From assembly GCA_965223425.1 (NCBI GenBank), contig OZ245003.1:128001-192000 (forward strand): a stretch of DNA of 64,000 bases, in the 5' to 3' direction. Origin of the DNA: Nitrosopumilus sp. (GTDB lineage Archaea; Thermoproteota; Nitrososphaeria; Nitrososphaerales; Nitrosopumilaceae). The notes below the pieces were generated by a model that saw nothing but the letters and a program-made list of their open reading frames with translations, made no database searches and had not been told where the DNA came from. How positions within the stretch are numbered: position 1 is the stretch's first letter; every line of letters begins with the position of its first letter. A program made the position numbers and the translations under genes. Positions 51,341 through 60,732 of this stretch are shown one piece after another.

Positions 51341-51394
51341 ATGGTCAAGAAATCTGATTAGGTTCAAATACTAGAAAAACTGTGAAAACATCAA

Positions 51395-51952
51395 ATGGAC
51401 AAAGAACGTGTAAAAAAACTTGTAAGAGAACTGATTATTGAAGTTGGTGAGGATCCTACTCGTGAAGGGCTACGGGAAACCCCCGAAAGAATTGCAAATA
51501 TGTACAAAGAAATCTTTGGAGGATATGATTATGATTCAGAATTATCAGTACAATTCTTAGAAGACTCTGATGTTGTTATAGCGCGCGATATCCAATTTTA
51601 TTCAATGTGTGAGCACCATATGTTGCCATTCTTTGGCAAAATCCATATTGCTTATTTGCCAAATGGCAGAGTTTTTGGAATATCAAAACTTGTCAGACTA
51701 GTTGAAAAATATTCAAAAAGATTGCAAATTCAGGAACGACTAACTAAGAATATTGCTGATGAACTATATGCCCAGGGAGTTAAAGGCGTTGTAGTCTTTG
51801 CCGATACGGAACATCTTTGTATGAAAATGCGTGGGGTTAGAAATAACGCAATGCTTTCCTCGGCTGCATTTAGAGGAATTTATGAAAATCAAAAAGAAAA
51901 AGAAAGCATAATGACACTTATCAGAAAACGATCTACGGATTCATATTTCTAG
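51395..51952 (+). CDS. folE: GTP cyclohydrolase I
   Basis: ETPER, SMCEHH, RLQIQERLT, HLCM.MRG. Confidence 0.96.
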   Translation: MDKERVKKLVRELIIEVGEDPTREGLRETPERIANMYKEIFGGYDYDSELSVQFLEDSDVVIARDIQFYSMCEHHMLPFFGKIHIAYLPNGRVFGISKLVRLVEKYSKRLQIQERLTKNIADELYAQGVKGVVVFADTEHLCMKMRGVRNNAMLSSAAFRGIYENQKEKESIMTLIRKRSTDSYF

Positions 51953-51982
51953 GCATACTGAAAAATTAAATAATCAATAATT

Positions 51983-52234
51983 TTGGTGAAAGTTATGGGA
52001 ACTCATGACAATATACACATTCCAAGAGAGTCATTTCCTCACTGGATATGGTATGCAATTGAGTGTGCTATTGTTGGTGCAGTCTCTTTCTTAGTATCAA
52101 GAGAAATTACTGATTCTATTGCTGATCTTACACCAGAAATACAGAACTATGTGTTTATAGGACTAGTAGGAGTATTCTTCCTAATCTGGTATATTGGAAT
52201 TAGAGGATTTGTTCTAAAAAAGAAAATTCTTTGA
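51983..52234 (+). CDS. Small membrane protein
   Basis: Two TMs. Confidence 0.65.
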   Translation: MVKVMGTHDNIHIPRESFPHWIWYAIECAIVGAVSFLVSREITDSIADLTPEIQNYVFIGLVGVFFLIWYIGIRGFVLKKKIL

Positions 52235-52242
52235 AACAGTTA

Positions 52243-52923
52243 CTAGGATTGTTTAAGATACCTTGTTTTATCCATAATTCCAGCTTTATGAAATGCAATC
52301 TTTCTGTTATTGCAAGACTCGCAAACACCGCAATGATATTTTTTATTTGAATAACAACTCCAGGTTTTAAAAATAGAATTTCCTAAAACTTTTACGCCTT
52401 TCTTTAGCAGATCACTCTTTGATAATCCTTCACGATATGGTGACCAGATCTCAATACTTTTTCGTAACTTTGAATTGATTCCGTCAATTTCTCCCTGATT
52501 AAATGCAGCTTCTAATTTTTTTGCAAAAGGCGGCCTACAATCAGGATAGTGTTTATCTCCAGTATGGGCCCCATATACAACCAATGGCGCATCAAGTGTA
52601 AAAGCCCACGCTGAGGCAATTGATAGAAACACAGCGTTCCTAATTGGAACTACAATGGAATATTCAAATTTACTAGGAATTTTTCTTTTTGTGCTTGTTA
52701 AAACGTTTGAATCCCCGTACAATTCTTTCATAAAACCGATATCAATAATTTTGTGCTGTTTTAATCCCAGTTTCTTTGCAAAAGATTTTGCCGCTATAAC
52801 TTCACAACTTGCCTTTTGTCCATATGAAAATGTAATTCCATATAGCTCATACTTTGATTTCAAAAATGAAACTGCGCAAACAGAATCAACCCCTCCGCTA
52901 AATACAATGACTGCTTTTTTCAT
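52243..52923 (-). CDS. queC: 7-cyano-7-deazaguanine synthase
   Basis: SGGVDS, YPDC, TWSCY...CGVCESC. Confidence 0.95.
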   Translation of the reverse strand: MKKAVIVFSGGVDSVCAVSFLKSKYELYGITFSYGQKASCEVIAAKSFAKKLGLKQHKIIDIGFMKELYGDSNVLTSTKRKIPSKFEYSIVVPIRNAVFLSIASAWAFTLDAPLVVYGAHTGDKHYPDCRPPFAKKLEAAFNQGEIDGINSKLRKSIEIWSPYREGLSKSDLLKKGVKVLGNSIFKTWSCYSNKKYHCGVCESCNNRKIAFHKAGIMDKTRYLKQS

Positions 52924-52932
52924 AAAATTCCC

Positions 52933-53859
52933 TCAAGATTTTTTCTTGTCTATTGCACCCTTGCTAGGTTTACAAATTATTGTCTGACATTCTGTTTTTT
53001 TAGATGCAAATCCACTTGACATCGCCGAACTAATTTTTTTCATATCTGCAGAATTTTTTGAAAATGCAATTACTGAAGGACCTGCACCGCTTATTGTAAC
53101 ACCCAATGCTCCTGCCTTTAGGGCATTTTGCTTAACTTTAGCGAATCCTGGAATCATATGCTGTCTTGCAGGTTCAACTATCACATCCTTAATCGAATTA
53201 CCAATCAACTCCGGATCTTTTCTCATAAACCCTGCCACAATTCCTGACGCATTTGACAAATTCAAGATACTGTCAGTTAACTTGATCTTCTTTGGAATTA
53301 CCCCTCTTGATGCTTTTGTCTTCTTTTCTGGAACGCCAATACTTGGAACTGCAACACACATTCTGAGATTTGTTGGTGGCTCTATTTTGATCACGTCTAA
53401 AGGATTTGTCTTTACAATCACAAATCCTCCTAACACGGAAGCTGCAACATTGTCATAATGAACTGAACCTGCACTAGCTTTTTCACCGGAACCTGCAAAT
53501 TCAATTAATGAGTTTTTGTCAAGCTCAAGCATAAATAGCCTATCAAATGCTACTGCAGCCGCCGCAGCAGATGCTGCACTGCTTCCCATTCCAAACCCTG
53601 CAGGAATTCCTTTTTTAATTTTGATCTCAATACCACTTTTGATCTTGAATTTTTTTTTCATGTTTTTTACAACCAACCCCGCAGTATTATTTGCAGGATC
53701 TGTGGGAACATTGTCGTCTGTAATTATTGCAATTCCACTTTTTGTCTTAGTCAGCGTCACTTCATCATAGAATGCGTCCATTGCTAATCCGAACACATCA
53801 AACCCTGGGCCTAGATTTGCTGTAGATGAGGGTGCCTTTATCGTAATCTTTGATGCCAA
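52933..53859 (-). CDS. thrB: Homoserine kinase
   Basis: ANLGPGFD, GMGSSAAS, HYDN, SGAGPS. Confidence 0.95.
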   Translation of the reverse strand: MASKITIKAPSSTANLGPGFDVFGLAMDAFYDEVTLTKTKSGIAIITDDNVPTDPANNTAGLVVKNMKKKFKIKSGIEIKIKKGIPAGFGMGSSAASAAAAAVAFDRLFMLELDKNSLIEFAGSGEKASAGSVHYDNVAASVLGGFVIVKTNPLDVIKIEPPTNLRMCVAVPSIGVPEKKTKASRGVIPKKIKLTDSILNLSNASGIVAGFMRKDPELIGNSIKDVIVEPARQHMIPGFAKVKQNALKAGALGVTISGAGPSVIAFSKNSADMKKISSAMSSGFASKKTECQTIICKPSKGAIDKKKS

Positions 53860-54618
53860 CTAGTCTTCTACCTCTTCACCTAAGTTAAGAATTCTGCTCA
53901 GAGCGCCCTCCAGACTCACAAAACCTTCTCCTGTAACATTTGAAACTGGAATCAGCCCCTGTGCAAATCCACTAAGATTCAAACCACGTAAAATATTTGT
54001 AGTCAATGTATAGGTATCCCCGTCTGCCTCTTTAGCAATAGCATCTTCTAATCTACTCAAACTTGTTGACCATTGTAGTATATCTTTTAGTTTACCGCCA
54101 ATAAGATCTGTTTTTGTTAATACATTAACAGTTGGCAAATTCAAACGTAATCTTATTGATGTTGCAAGAAGTGCAATTGAAACAAAATTTACTGGCGAAG
54201 TAATCAGTGATCCATCAAAAAGAAAGATACTTGTTTTTTCTTCTGATGTGATATTCTCTACAAGAAAACGTCCGCTGGAACGATATGCAAACAATTCGAT
54301 CTGGCCTGGCGTATCCACAATTAGATAATCTGGATTTACTCTGTTTACTTCATTTTGAATGTCATCAATTTTTGATGCGATCAGATCTGCTGCCATTATT
54401 AAAGCTCCATTCGGACCAAGATCATATTGTTGCATTATAGATACAATGTCGACAAAGTCTCTAACATCTACATCACAAGCATATGGCAGACTTTCTACAC
54501 CTGGATCTAAATTCAATACGGCAGTAAATGCACTATTTTTTGTATAGTATTCATATAATTTTGATGTGAGCAATGATTTTCCTGAACCTGCAGTGCCAGA
54601 AACAAAAATTGTTTTCAA
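53860..54618 (-). CDS. GPN-loop GTPase
   Basis: GTAGSGKS, LGPNG, DTPGQIE. Confidence 0.92.
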   Translation of the reverse strand: MKTIFVSGTAGSGKSLLTSKLYEYYTKNSAFTAVLNLDPGVESLPYACDVDVRDFVDIVSIMQQYDLGPNGALIMAADLIASKIDDIQNEVNRVNPDYLIVDTPGQIELFAYRSSGRFLVENITSEEKTSIFLFDGSLITSPVNFVSIALLATSIRLRLNLPTVNVLTKTDLIGGKLKDILQWSTSLSRLEDAIAKEADGDTYTLTTNILRGLNLSGFAQGLIPVSNVTGEGFVSLEGALSRILNLGEEVED

Positions 54619-55005
54619 TTCTGTCTGCTTTTCTTTCTTTGCTTATATTTCAAACTAGCTTGATCATCGTATTCTCTTAGAAAATGCCAAATTAGTCTTA
54701 AAAAATATGGTAAAATTCCACTTGATCTTTAACTGATCGAGTTTTATTCTATTCATGATTCAAAACGCATCTGAAAAAGAAGCGCATCTTGAAGATCTTG
54801 TAGTAAAACTACTTTGAGAAAGACATTTTTCAGATTATAATATGTTGGATTCATTATTTACCGAGATTAAAGAAGAGCTGCAAAATACTCATAAAAATAC
54901 CAGTCAACCATTCTCTGACATTTTCGTGCCTAATTTTAGGCGTGAAATTTTTGGTGATTGCAAATTTGTCAACTTTATTATTTGATCCCTCAAAAAATTC
55001 ATCAA

Positions 55006-56022
55006 ATGAACTGGAGACTGGCGGTAATACCTGTTACCTTAATTCCCATTTTTATTATTGCTATTCAATTTGACATCCAATTAGAAGATGTCTTGGCAAT
55101 CGGGCTCTTTCCGTTTGTTGGCGCAGTTATTGCAATGTTGATTAAACTAGGTCTTCAGGGAGTAAAATTTGCGTACATTGCAAGAAAATATCTTGGCAGT
55201 TTTGACTCTTTTTGGAAACTAATTGGTGTTAGAGTTGGAAGTGAATTTATCAAATTTACAACTCCGATGTTTGTTGGTGCAGAATTTATTGTAATATATT
55301 ATTTACATAAAAAAGGAGTAAAACCTTCAAAATCAACTTGGATTGCCATCATGGATATCGTAACTGAAGTACTTGCAGCTGGATTGCTGTCCATAATGGC
55401 AGGAATCATTGCTTTGATGAATGAAGCATACGTAGTTGCGACTGTTATCTTAGGTACTAGTATTACCATAACATCTTTGTGGATGGTAATATTCTTCTTG
55501 TCTTCCAAGCGTACATTCCACGTTCCAAAAGTATTGGCAAGCCTTACTAGAAAATTTGGAAAAGAAAAAGGTGCTAAATACATTGATAAAACAAATTCTT
55601 GGATAGAAGAAATCTGTATCATGAGCAGACAAAATCTAAGAACCTCTGAATCTAAAAAAATCTTCACGGTATCTTTTCTGTTTTCACTTGTATCTTGGGC
55701 ATTCTATGGAATATCATTTATGATCATTGCGATGGGAACAGGATATGTGATCAATGCATTTGACTCTATAATGGCAGTTATGGGTGCAAATGCAATAGGA
55801 AACCTGCCAATTACTGTAGGTGGTTCTGGCTTGGCCGAATTTGGAATTGTGGCATTTCTTAATAATCTAAATCCTTTTGACTTTGATATTCCTGCAGGAA
55901 CTGTTGCCTGGGATGCAGTTATTGGTTGGAGAATTGCAACATATTACGTTCCAATCTTGATTACATGGTTACTCTTGGTAAAATTAGCCTTGAGTAAGAT
56001 ATCAAAAATACAATCTACATAG
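55006..56022 (+). CDS. Lysylphosphatidylglycerol-synthase-TM/flippase-like membrane protein
   Basis: TP..VGAE, GGSGLAE, WRIATYY. Confidence 0.8.
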   Translation: MNWRLAVIPVTLIPIFIIAIQFDIQLEDVLAIGLFPFVGAVIAMLIKLGLQGVKFAYIARKYLGSFDSFWKLIGVRVGSEFIKFTTPMFVGAEFIVIYYLHKKGVKPSKSTWIAIMDIVTEVLAAGLLSIMAGIIALMNEAYVVATVILGTSITITSLWMVIFFLSSKRTFHVPKVLASLTRKFGKEKGAKYIDKTNSWIEEICIMSRQNLRTSESKKIFTVSFLFSLVSWAFYGISFMIIAMGTGYVINAFDSIMAVMGANAIGNLPITVGGSGLAEFGIVAFLNNLNPFDFDIPAGTVAWDAVIGWRIATYYVPILITWLLLVKLALSKISKIQST

Positions 56023-56154
56023 AAACCACTTCCTCCTGTAGAATCATACCGGATAATCCCCCACCCGTTTTATCAAACCTTCCTTGTCATAGCGACAAAT
56101 CCAATTTGCAATCATATGTGGGTCACAAAAGCACAGTGATGCTACTTCGGACAC

Positions 56155-56442
56155 TCATAAATGATGACTTTGTTCTCTTTCAAATCTCCATGCATTAAAT
56201 TCTACAAATTCATATTTTCCATCTATTTTCTCTCGTACATTGCCCATAACACTTGATTTTCCGGTACCCCAACCACCAAAAATTCCAACTGTGTATGGTG
56301 GTTCTGAATTTAATATAATGTTGTAAATTGTATCAACATAATCATCATAGTTTAAGGCTAATTTTCCAATTTTTGGTTTATCATTAAAAATTTGATATTG
56401 ATCTTGAGATCTTGTTGGAATATGTCCCATTGGTAATGCCAT
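56155..56442 (-). pseudogene. KAP-family P-loop NTPase, N-terminal fragment
   Basis: DKP, VGIFGGWGTGKSS, VEFNAW. Confidence 0.85.
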
Positions 56443-56534
56443 GCAAAGTTATTTTCTCATAACATAATAAAATTAACTAATTATTTTTAAAATAATTTAG
56501 ATCACTAAAAATATTGGATATTTCTCACTAAATT

Positions 56535-57134
56535 ATGGAAACAATCAAACCAATCAATCATTCCAAAGAAATTATCATTGACAGTCTAGCTTTCAACGTT
56601 TTTGATAATTCTGATGCATTTAGAGAAAATGCTGATGGAAAACACATTTCTCTTGCGTTATTTGAAGATCCAAAACATTTGAAGGAAACTACACTAAAAC
56701 TACTACGACTTCATCTTAAAGAATCAAATTGTAAATCTGTTATAGGATTTACTGATAATGATCCATATTTGATTGTTTTAGCAACTCAAGCAAGTTTAAA
56801 CGAAAATTTACCACTTTATCTATATGATTTAGAAAATGATGCAGGAGCATTTAGTCAATTTATCAGACCCGAGATTGTTCCATGTTCTTTGATAATTCCT
56901 TATTCTGTAAACAAAACCCATGTTTTAGAAATTATTGAGATGTTTTCTCAACAAAAAGTTCCAATTTCCCAAGTCATTTCAATAATTGATGAAAATCCAT
57001 CAAAAACTAATTTTTCAGACAAAGATTTTGAATTTGTATCCATTTGTGATTGGAATTCTCTAAAAAATAGAATGAATCATTATCAAAACATTACAAAAGA
57101 GAAAATGGATCGCTTATTGGCAAATTTTGGCTAA
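56535..57134 (+). CDS. Divergent PRTase-fold protein lacking the PRPP-binding motif
   Basis: Colinear with the neighbouring PyrE-like protein; VIIDDVITSG replaced by SLIIPYSVNK. Confidence 0.55.
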   Translation: METIKPINHSKEIIIDSLAFNVFDNSDAFRENADGKHISLALFEDPKHLKETTLKLLRLHLKESNCKSVIGFTDNDPYLIVLATQASLNENLPLYLYDLENDAGAFSQFIRPEIVPCSLIIPYSVNKTHVLEIIEMFSQQKVPISQVISIIDENPSKTNFSDKDFEFVSICDWNSLKNRMNHYQNITKEKMDRLLANFG

Positions 57135-57322
57135 AATGATCAATTCTGTAAAAATTGAGCACTTTGAGTCAAATGAGTCTGACTTCACCCATTTAGATCA
57201 TATATGGTCTTGTAATACATCAAGTTGATGAGGCAAGGGGGCAATCTTGATTATTGTATCCATAACCGTTTTCTCTCATTATTAGATTTGAAAATTAATA
57301 TTGACTGGAGGTCTTTTACTCA

Positions 57323-57946
57323 ATGATGACCCTTTCGTCTGATTTTGAAACTGATAAACAAAGATTAGCCGATTTACTAGTGGAAACTAAAGCATTTCAA
57401 TATTCACCAGAAAAACCATTTCAATTAGCATCTGGAGCAACCAGTCCATATTACTTTGATCTAAAATTACTAAATGGACATCCAGAAGGAATCAATACAG
57501 TTGCCAAAGTATTCTATCATTTAATCAAACAATACCCTGATGTAGAAGCAGTTGGCGGTTTAGAATCTGGTTCAATCTCGATTGCAACAGCAGTTTCACA
57601 ATTAAGTTACTTTGAACATGAAAAAGATCCTTCAAATCCTTTAATCACATCATTCTTTGTGCGTAAAGCACCAAAGAAACATGGAACTCAAAAATTAATT
57701 GAAGGAAGAGTTAATTCCCCAGTAGTTATCATTGATGATGTAATCACTAGTGGAATGTCTGCAATAATTGCAGTACATGCAGTTGAAGAAATGGGATATG
57801 AGTGTAAATCTCTAATGTCTATAATTTTTAGAGGAACTAAAGAACATCGTCAAAATGTCGAAAAAGAAAGTACATTACAGTATATCTTCCACAAAGATCA
57901 ATTCATTGAAGAATTCAAAAAACAATTCAAAGAATTAACTGCATAA
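57323..57946 (+). CDS. Orotate phosphoribosyltransferase-like protein
   Basis: LASGATSPYYFD, GGLESG, VRK..K.HGT, IIDDVITSG. Confidence 0.85.
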   Translation: MMTLSSDFETDKQRLADLLVETKAFQYSPEKPFQLASGATSPYYFDLKLLNGHPEGINTVAKVFYHLIKQYPDVEAVGGLESGSISIATAVSQLSYFEHEKDPSNPLITSFFVRKAPKKHGTQKLIEGRVNSPVVIIDDVITSGMSAIIAVHAVEEMGYECKSLMSIIFRGTKEHRQNVEKESTLQYIFHKDQFIEEFKKQFKELTA

Positions 57947-58099
57947 TCAATTTCCTAAAAAAATAAAGGGAAAGGTTGTTTTAATTTCTAAAAAATCAAA
58001 ACTTCCTAATTGATTCCGTATTTTGATTTTAATGACTTCAAACCTTCATTTTCAAAGAAATAGCTAGTAATTTTCCTAGTTTTCCATTTCTTGAAATAT

Positions 58100-58611
58100 T
58101 TCAAACTTTTTTCTTTCCTTGAAATTTATCTTCAACAATGTTTGTCAAAGAATTTGGTGAAAGTTTGGTATCAAATTCATCAAAGACAAAGGTTTTACTG
58201 TTCCACGAATCAAACATACCTGCAAGATTTGTGTTGTTTGTAAGCAAACTCCACAATACAAGTGATTCAATTTCGTTTTCTTTCAGATTCTCAACAAGAA
58301 TTTTGAAGATTACAGCCTCAACTATTGGTGATTGATTTTTGGCGTTGTTTGATGTAGTGTTTCACAACATTTGTTGCATCATCAAAAAATCCAGTATTTT
58401 CAAAAACTCCAAGAAAATCCTCCCAAAGCTCTTGATCACGTCGAATCAAATCTGATTTGAATTCATGTTTTTCTTCCATTCTCTGGATTTTCCAAATCAA
58501 TAGCTTATTTCTCAATGAATTTAGCTCTGATTTCTCATCACGGGTTGCTCTTTTGATATTTTTCAAAGGAGTACCGCTAACCATATTGGATAATGGCCAA
58601 TCTTTCAACAA
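58100..58611 (-). pseudogene. Fragment of a probable mobile-element replication protein
   Basis: LRNKLLIWKI...RRDQELWEDF; broken frame; family call from memory. Confidence 0.3.
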
Positions 58612-58683
58612 ACCCCTTGTTTCTTGGGAGTTTCTCTCCAGCTTTCTGATATTCTAGGTCAAGAATTTAGAAACTAACTGTCA

Positions 58684-58944
58684 GTGAACATGTATGATTT
58701 TGCATTTACAATGCTTTTGAATGAAGCAGTTCTATTTTCACTTGGAAAATCATATAAAAAATTGGCAAACAAGTATTCCCTATTCAAAGAAATTAGAAAA
58801 GATCTCTTACAAGCACATAAAGAATTTACAAATCGTTCAGAACTTATTCCGATGTATTTTTTAACATTGGATAGAACACAACCAGTCCCACCAAATTTAA
58901 TGGAATTCATAGATACTACTCTAAAAGAATTCAAAACTGATTGA
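58684..58944 (+). pseudogene. C-terminal fragment of an unknown protein
   Basis: ORF without a clear start, inside the island. Confidence 0.3.
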
Positions 58945-59053
58945 TTAGATGGAAATAATATTTGATATTACCTAAATTTGAACCTAAATTTCTATTTATC
59001 CTGTAAAAATCTCCTATAGAAACCACTTTATCTTTAAACGAGTTTTCTGATTT

Positions 59054-59854
59054 GTGGATTTCAAAAATAAAGTAGTTCTAATTACTGGCGCATCATCTGG
59101 AATTGGCAAACAAACTGCAATGGAATTTGCAAAATTAGGTGCAAACATAATTCTAGTTGCGAGAAGAAAAGACAAACTCGAACAAGTTGAAAATGAACTA
59201 AAAGAATTTCCTGTATCTGTACTTGTTTGTCAATGTGATGTTTCAAAAAAAGATCAAGTAAAAGAAATGTCAAAAACAGTTTTAGAAAGATTTGATTCTG
59301 TTGATATTTTGGTGAACAATGCTGGTTTTGCAATATATGGCTCTGTGTCTGATCTTACCATAGATGAAATAGAATCCCAGATGGAGACAAATTATTTTGG
59401 TATGATTTATTGCATCAAAAATTTTCTCCCATCAATGCTAAAGAAAAAATCCGGTCACATAGTAAATGTTGCATCAGTTGCAGCAAGTTTTGGTTTACCC
59501 GGTATTGCCTCATATTGCGCGTCTAAATTTGCCATGCTGGGATTCTCAGAGGGTCTAAAACATGAGTTAAAAGATACTGGAGTTGGAATTACCGTCGTAA
59601 GTCCAATCATGGTTAGAACTGATTTTTTTGATCATCCCTCATTTGAAAGAATGCCACAATACTCCACAACATCACTTAGTGCCAAAACAGTAGCAAAAGC
59701 AATTCTAAAGGCAGCAAACTCCACAAGATTGGAGATCATAGTTCCACCTGTTGTACGTGGTGCAGTATGGATGAAAAATACGTTTCCTTATTTTATCAAT
59801 CCAATACTGGGAAAATCTTTCAAAAAACAGCTAGATGCCACAAAACAAGACTAG
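59054..59854 (+). CDS. Short-chain dehydrogenase/reductase
   Basis: TGASSGIG, NNAG, YCASK. Confidence 0.92.
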   Translation: MDFKNKVVLITGASSGIGKQTAMEFAKLGANIILVARRKDKLEQVENELKEFPVSVLVCQCDVSKKDQVKEMSKTVLERFDSVDILVNNAGFAIYGSVSDLTIDEIESQMETNYFGMIYCIKNFLPSMLKKKSGHIVNVASVAASFGLPGIASYCASKFAMLGFSEGLKHELKDTGVGITVVSPIMVRTDFFDHPSFERMPQYSTTSLSAKTVAKAILKAANSTRLEIIVPPVVRGAVWMKNTFPYFINPILGKSFKKQLDATKQD

Positions 59855-59856
59855 TT

Positions 59857-60258
59857 TTATTCTTCTGCATCACCATCATCTGCAGATTCAGAGCCCACAT
59901 CTAGCAATTCTAATGATTTTAGTTCAAATTGATAAACTGCACTCATTTCGATCTCTTTTTCTTTTTCTAGATACTCTGAACACTTTTTGCTTAATGGAGC
60001 TTTATGTTGATCAAAAACAAACTCGTAAACTTCCCCTTTTACCAAATCATCAAGTTTAATTTTTTTTGTTGCATCCATTGTAACTATGTGTCTTCCATCT
60101 TCTACAGGATCATACAACTGTGCATCTATCTTGTTATCTTCATAATAAAATTCCAGAATATATCCGGTCTTTTTCATTTCAGTTGGTTTTTCAAATTTAG
60201 CATTTTGAATTTCATCAGAAATCCAATCAGGAATTTTATCTTCTTTCTTTTTTACCAT
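59857..60258 (-). CDS. Hypothetical protein
   Basis: ORF with host-like composition. Confidence 0.7.
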   Translation of the reverse strand: MVKKKEDKIPDWISDEIQNAKFEKPTEMKKTGYILEFYYEDNKIDAQLYDPVEDGRHIVTMDATKKIKLDDLVKGEVYEFVFDQHKAPLSKKCSEYLEKEKEIEMSAVYQFELKSLELLDVGSESADDGDAEE

Positions 60259-60270
60259 AATAAATTCACT

Positions 60271-60579
60271 CTAGTTTGCTTGTTTTTCTTTCTTACTTTT
60301 TGACCACCAGTCAAGATAGTCATCATGCTTATCTTCACGTGTTTTCTCTTTTTGATTTAGTTTATACCGAATATCTGAAACTTGTTCTCTTGTTGCATAT
60401 AATCCACATCTTTTACAAATGAAGTGTTTTGTAGCAGAATCCATTTTCATTGGAATTTCAATTTCATCAAATAACTTGTACAAGTCGTCTCTGCCTCTTT
60501 CTTCTTCTGGAGTTTCTGTTTCGTATTTTGCTTGAATCTTCTTTTTCTCTCTTGATGTACATTCTGGACAGTTAGGCAC
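60271..60579 (-). CDS. Zinc-ribbon hypothetical protein
   Basis: CPEC ... CKRCG. Confidence 0.72.
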   Translation of the reverse strand: MPNCPECTSREKKKIQAKYETETPEEERGRDDLYKLFDEIEIPMKMDSATKHFICKRCGLYATREQVSDIRYKLNQKEKTREDKHDDYLDWWSKSKKEKQAN

Positions 60580-60638
60580 TGATGATTTGGCTTAATTTTT
60601 TCCATAAAAGCGTTCCCACATTCTTAATTGATCGATAT

Positions 60639-60710
60639 TCATCTGGCACGCGGATTTTTTCATCATCCCTTTCGGTCCGTTCGCCCATCGAAATCCCGCG
60701 TACCAGATGA
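60639..60710 (-). ncRNA. Candidate structured RNA (long GC-rich hairpin)
   Basis: ~19-bp stem with G:U on the minus strand; apex contains CCGAAAGG and GATGATGA. Confidence 0.5.
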
Positions 60711-60732
60711 GCACAATTCTCAAAATAATGTA

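Larger units (their letters stand above)
56019..59028. mobile_element. Decayed integrated island bounded by 13-bp direct repeats
   Basis: ATAGAAACCACTT at 56019-56031 and 59016-59028; accessory and fragmentary genes inside. Confidence 0.7.

Noticed and set aside
46041-52923. queE/folE/queC as a dpd DNA-modification system
   Set aside because: No dpdA or TGT-like gene nearby; consistent with housekeeping preQ0/archaeosine synthesis
60639-60710. Hammerhead ribozyme
   Set aside because: ATGATGA and GAAA are present, but the CTGANGA core and three-stem order do not fit
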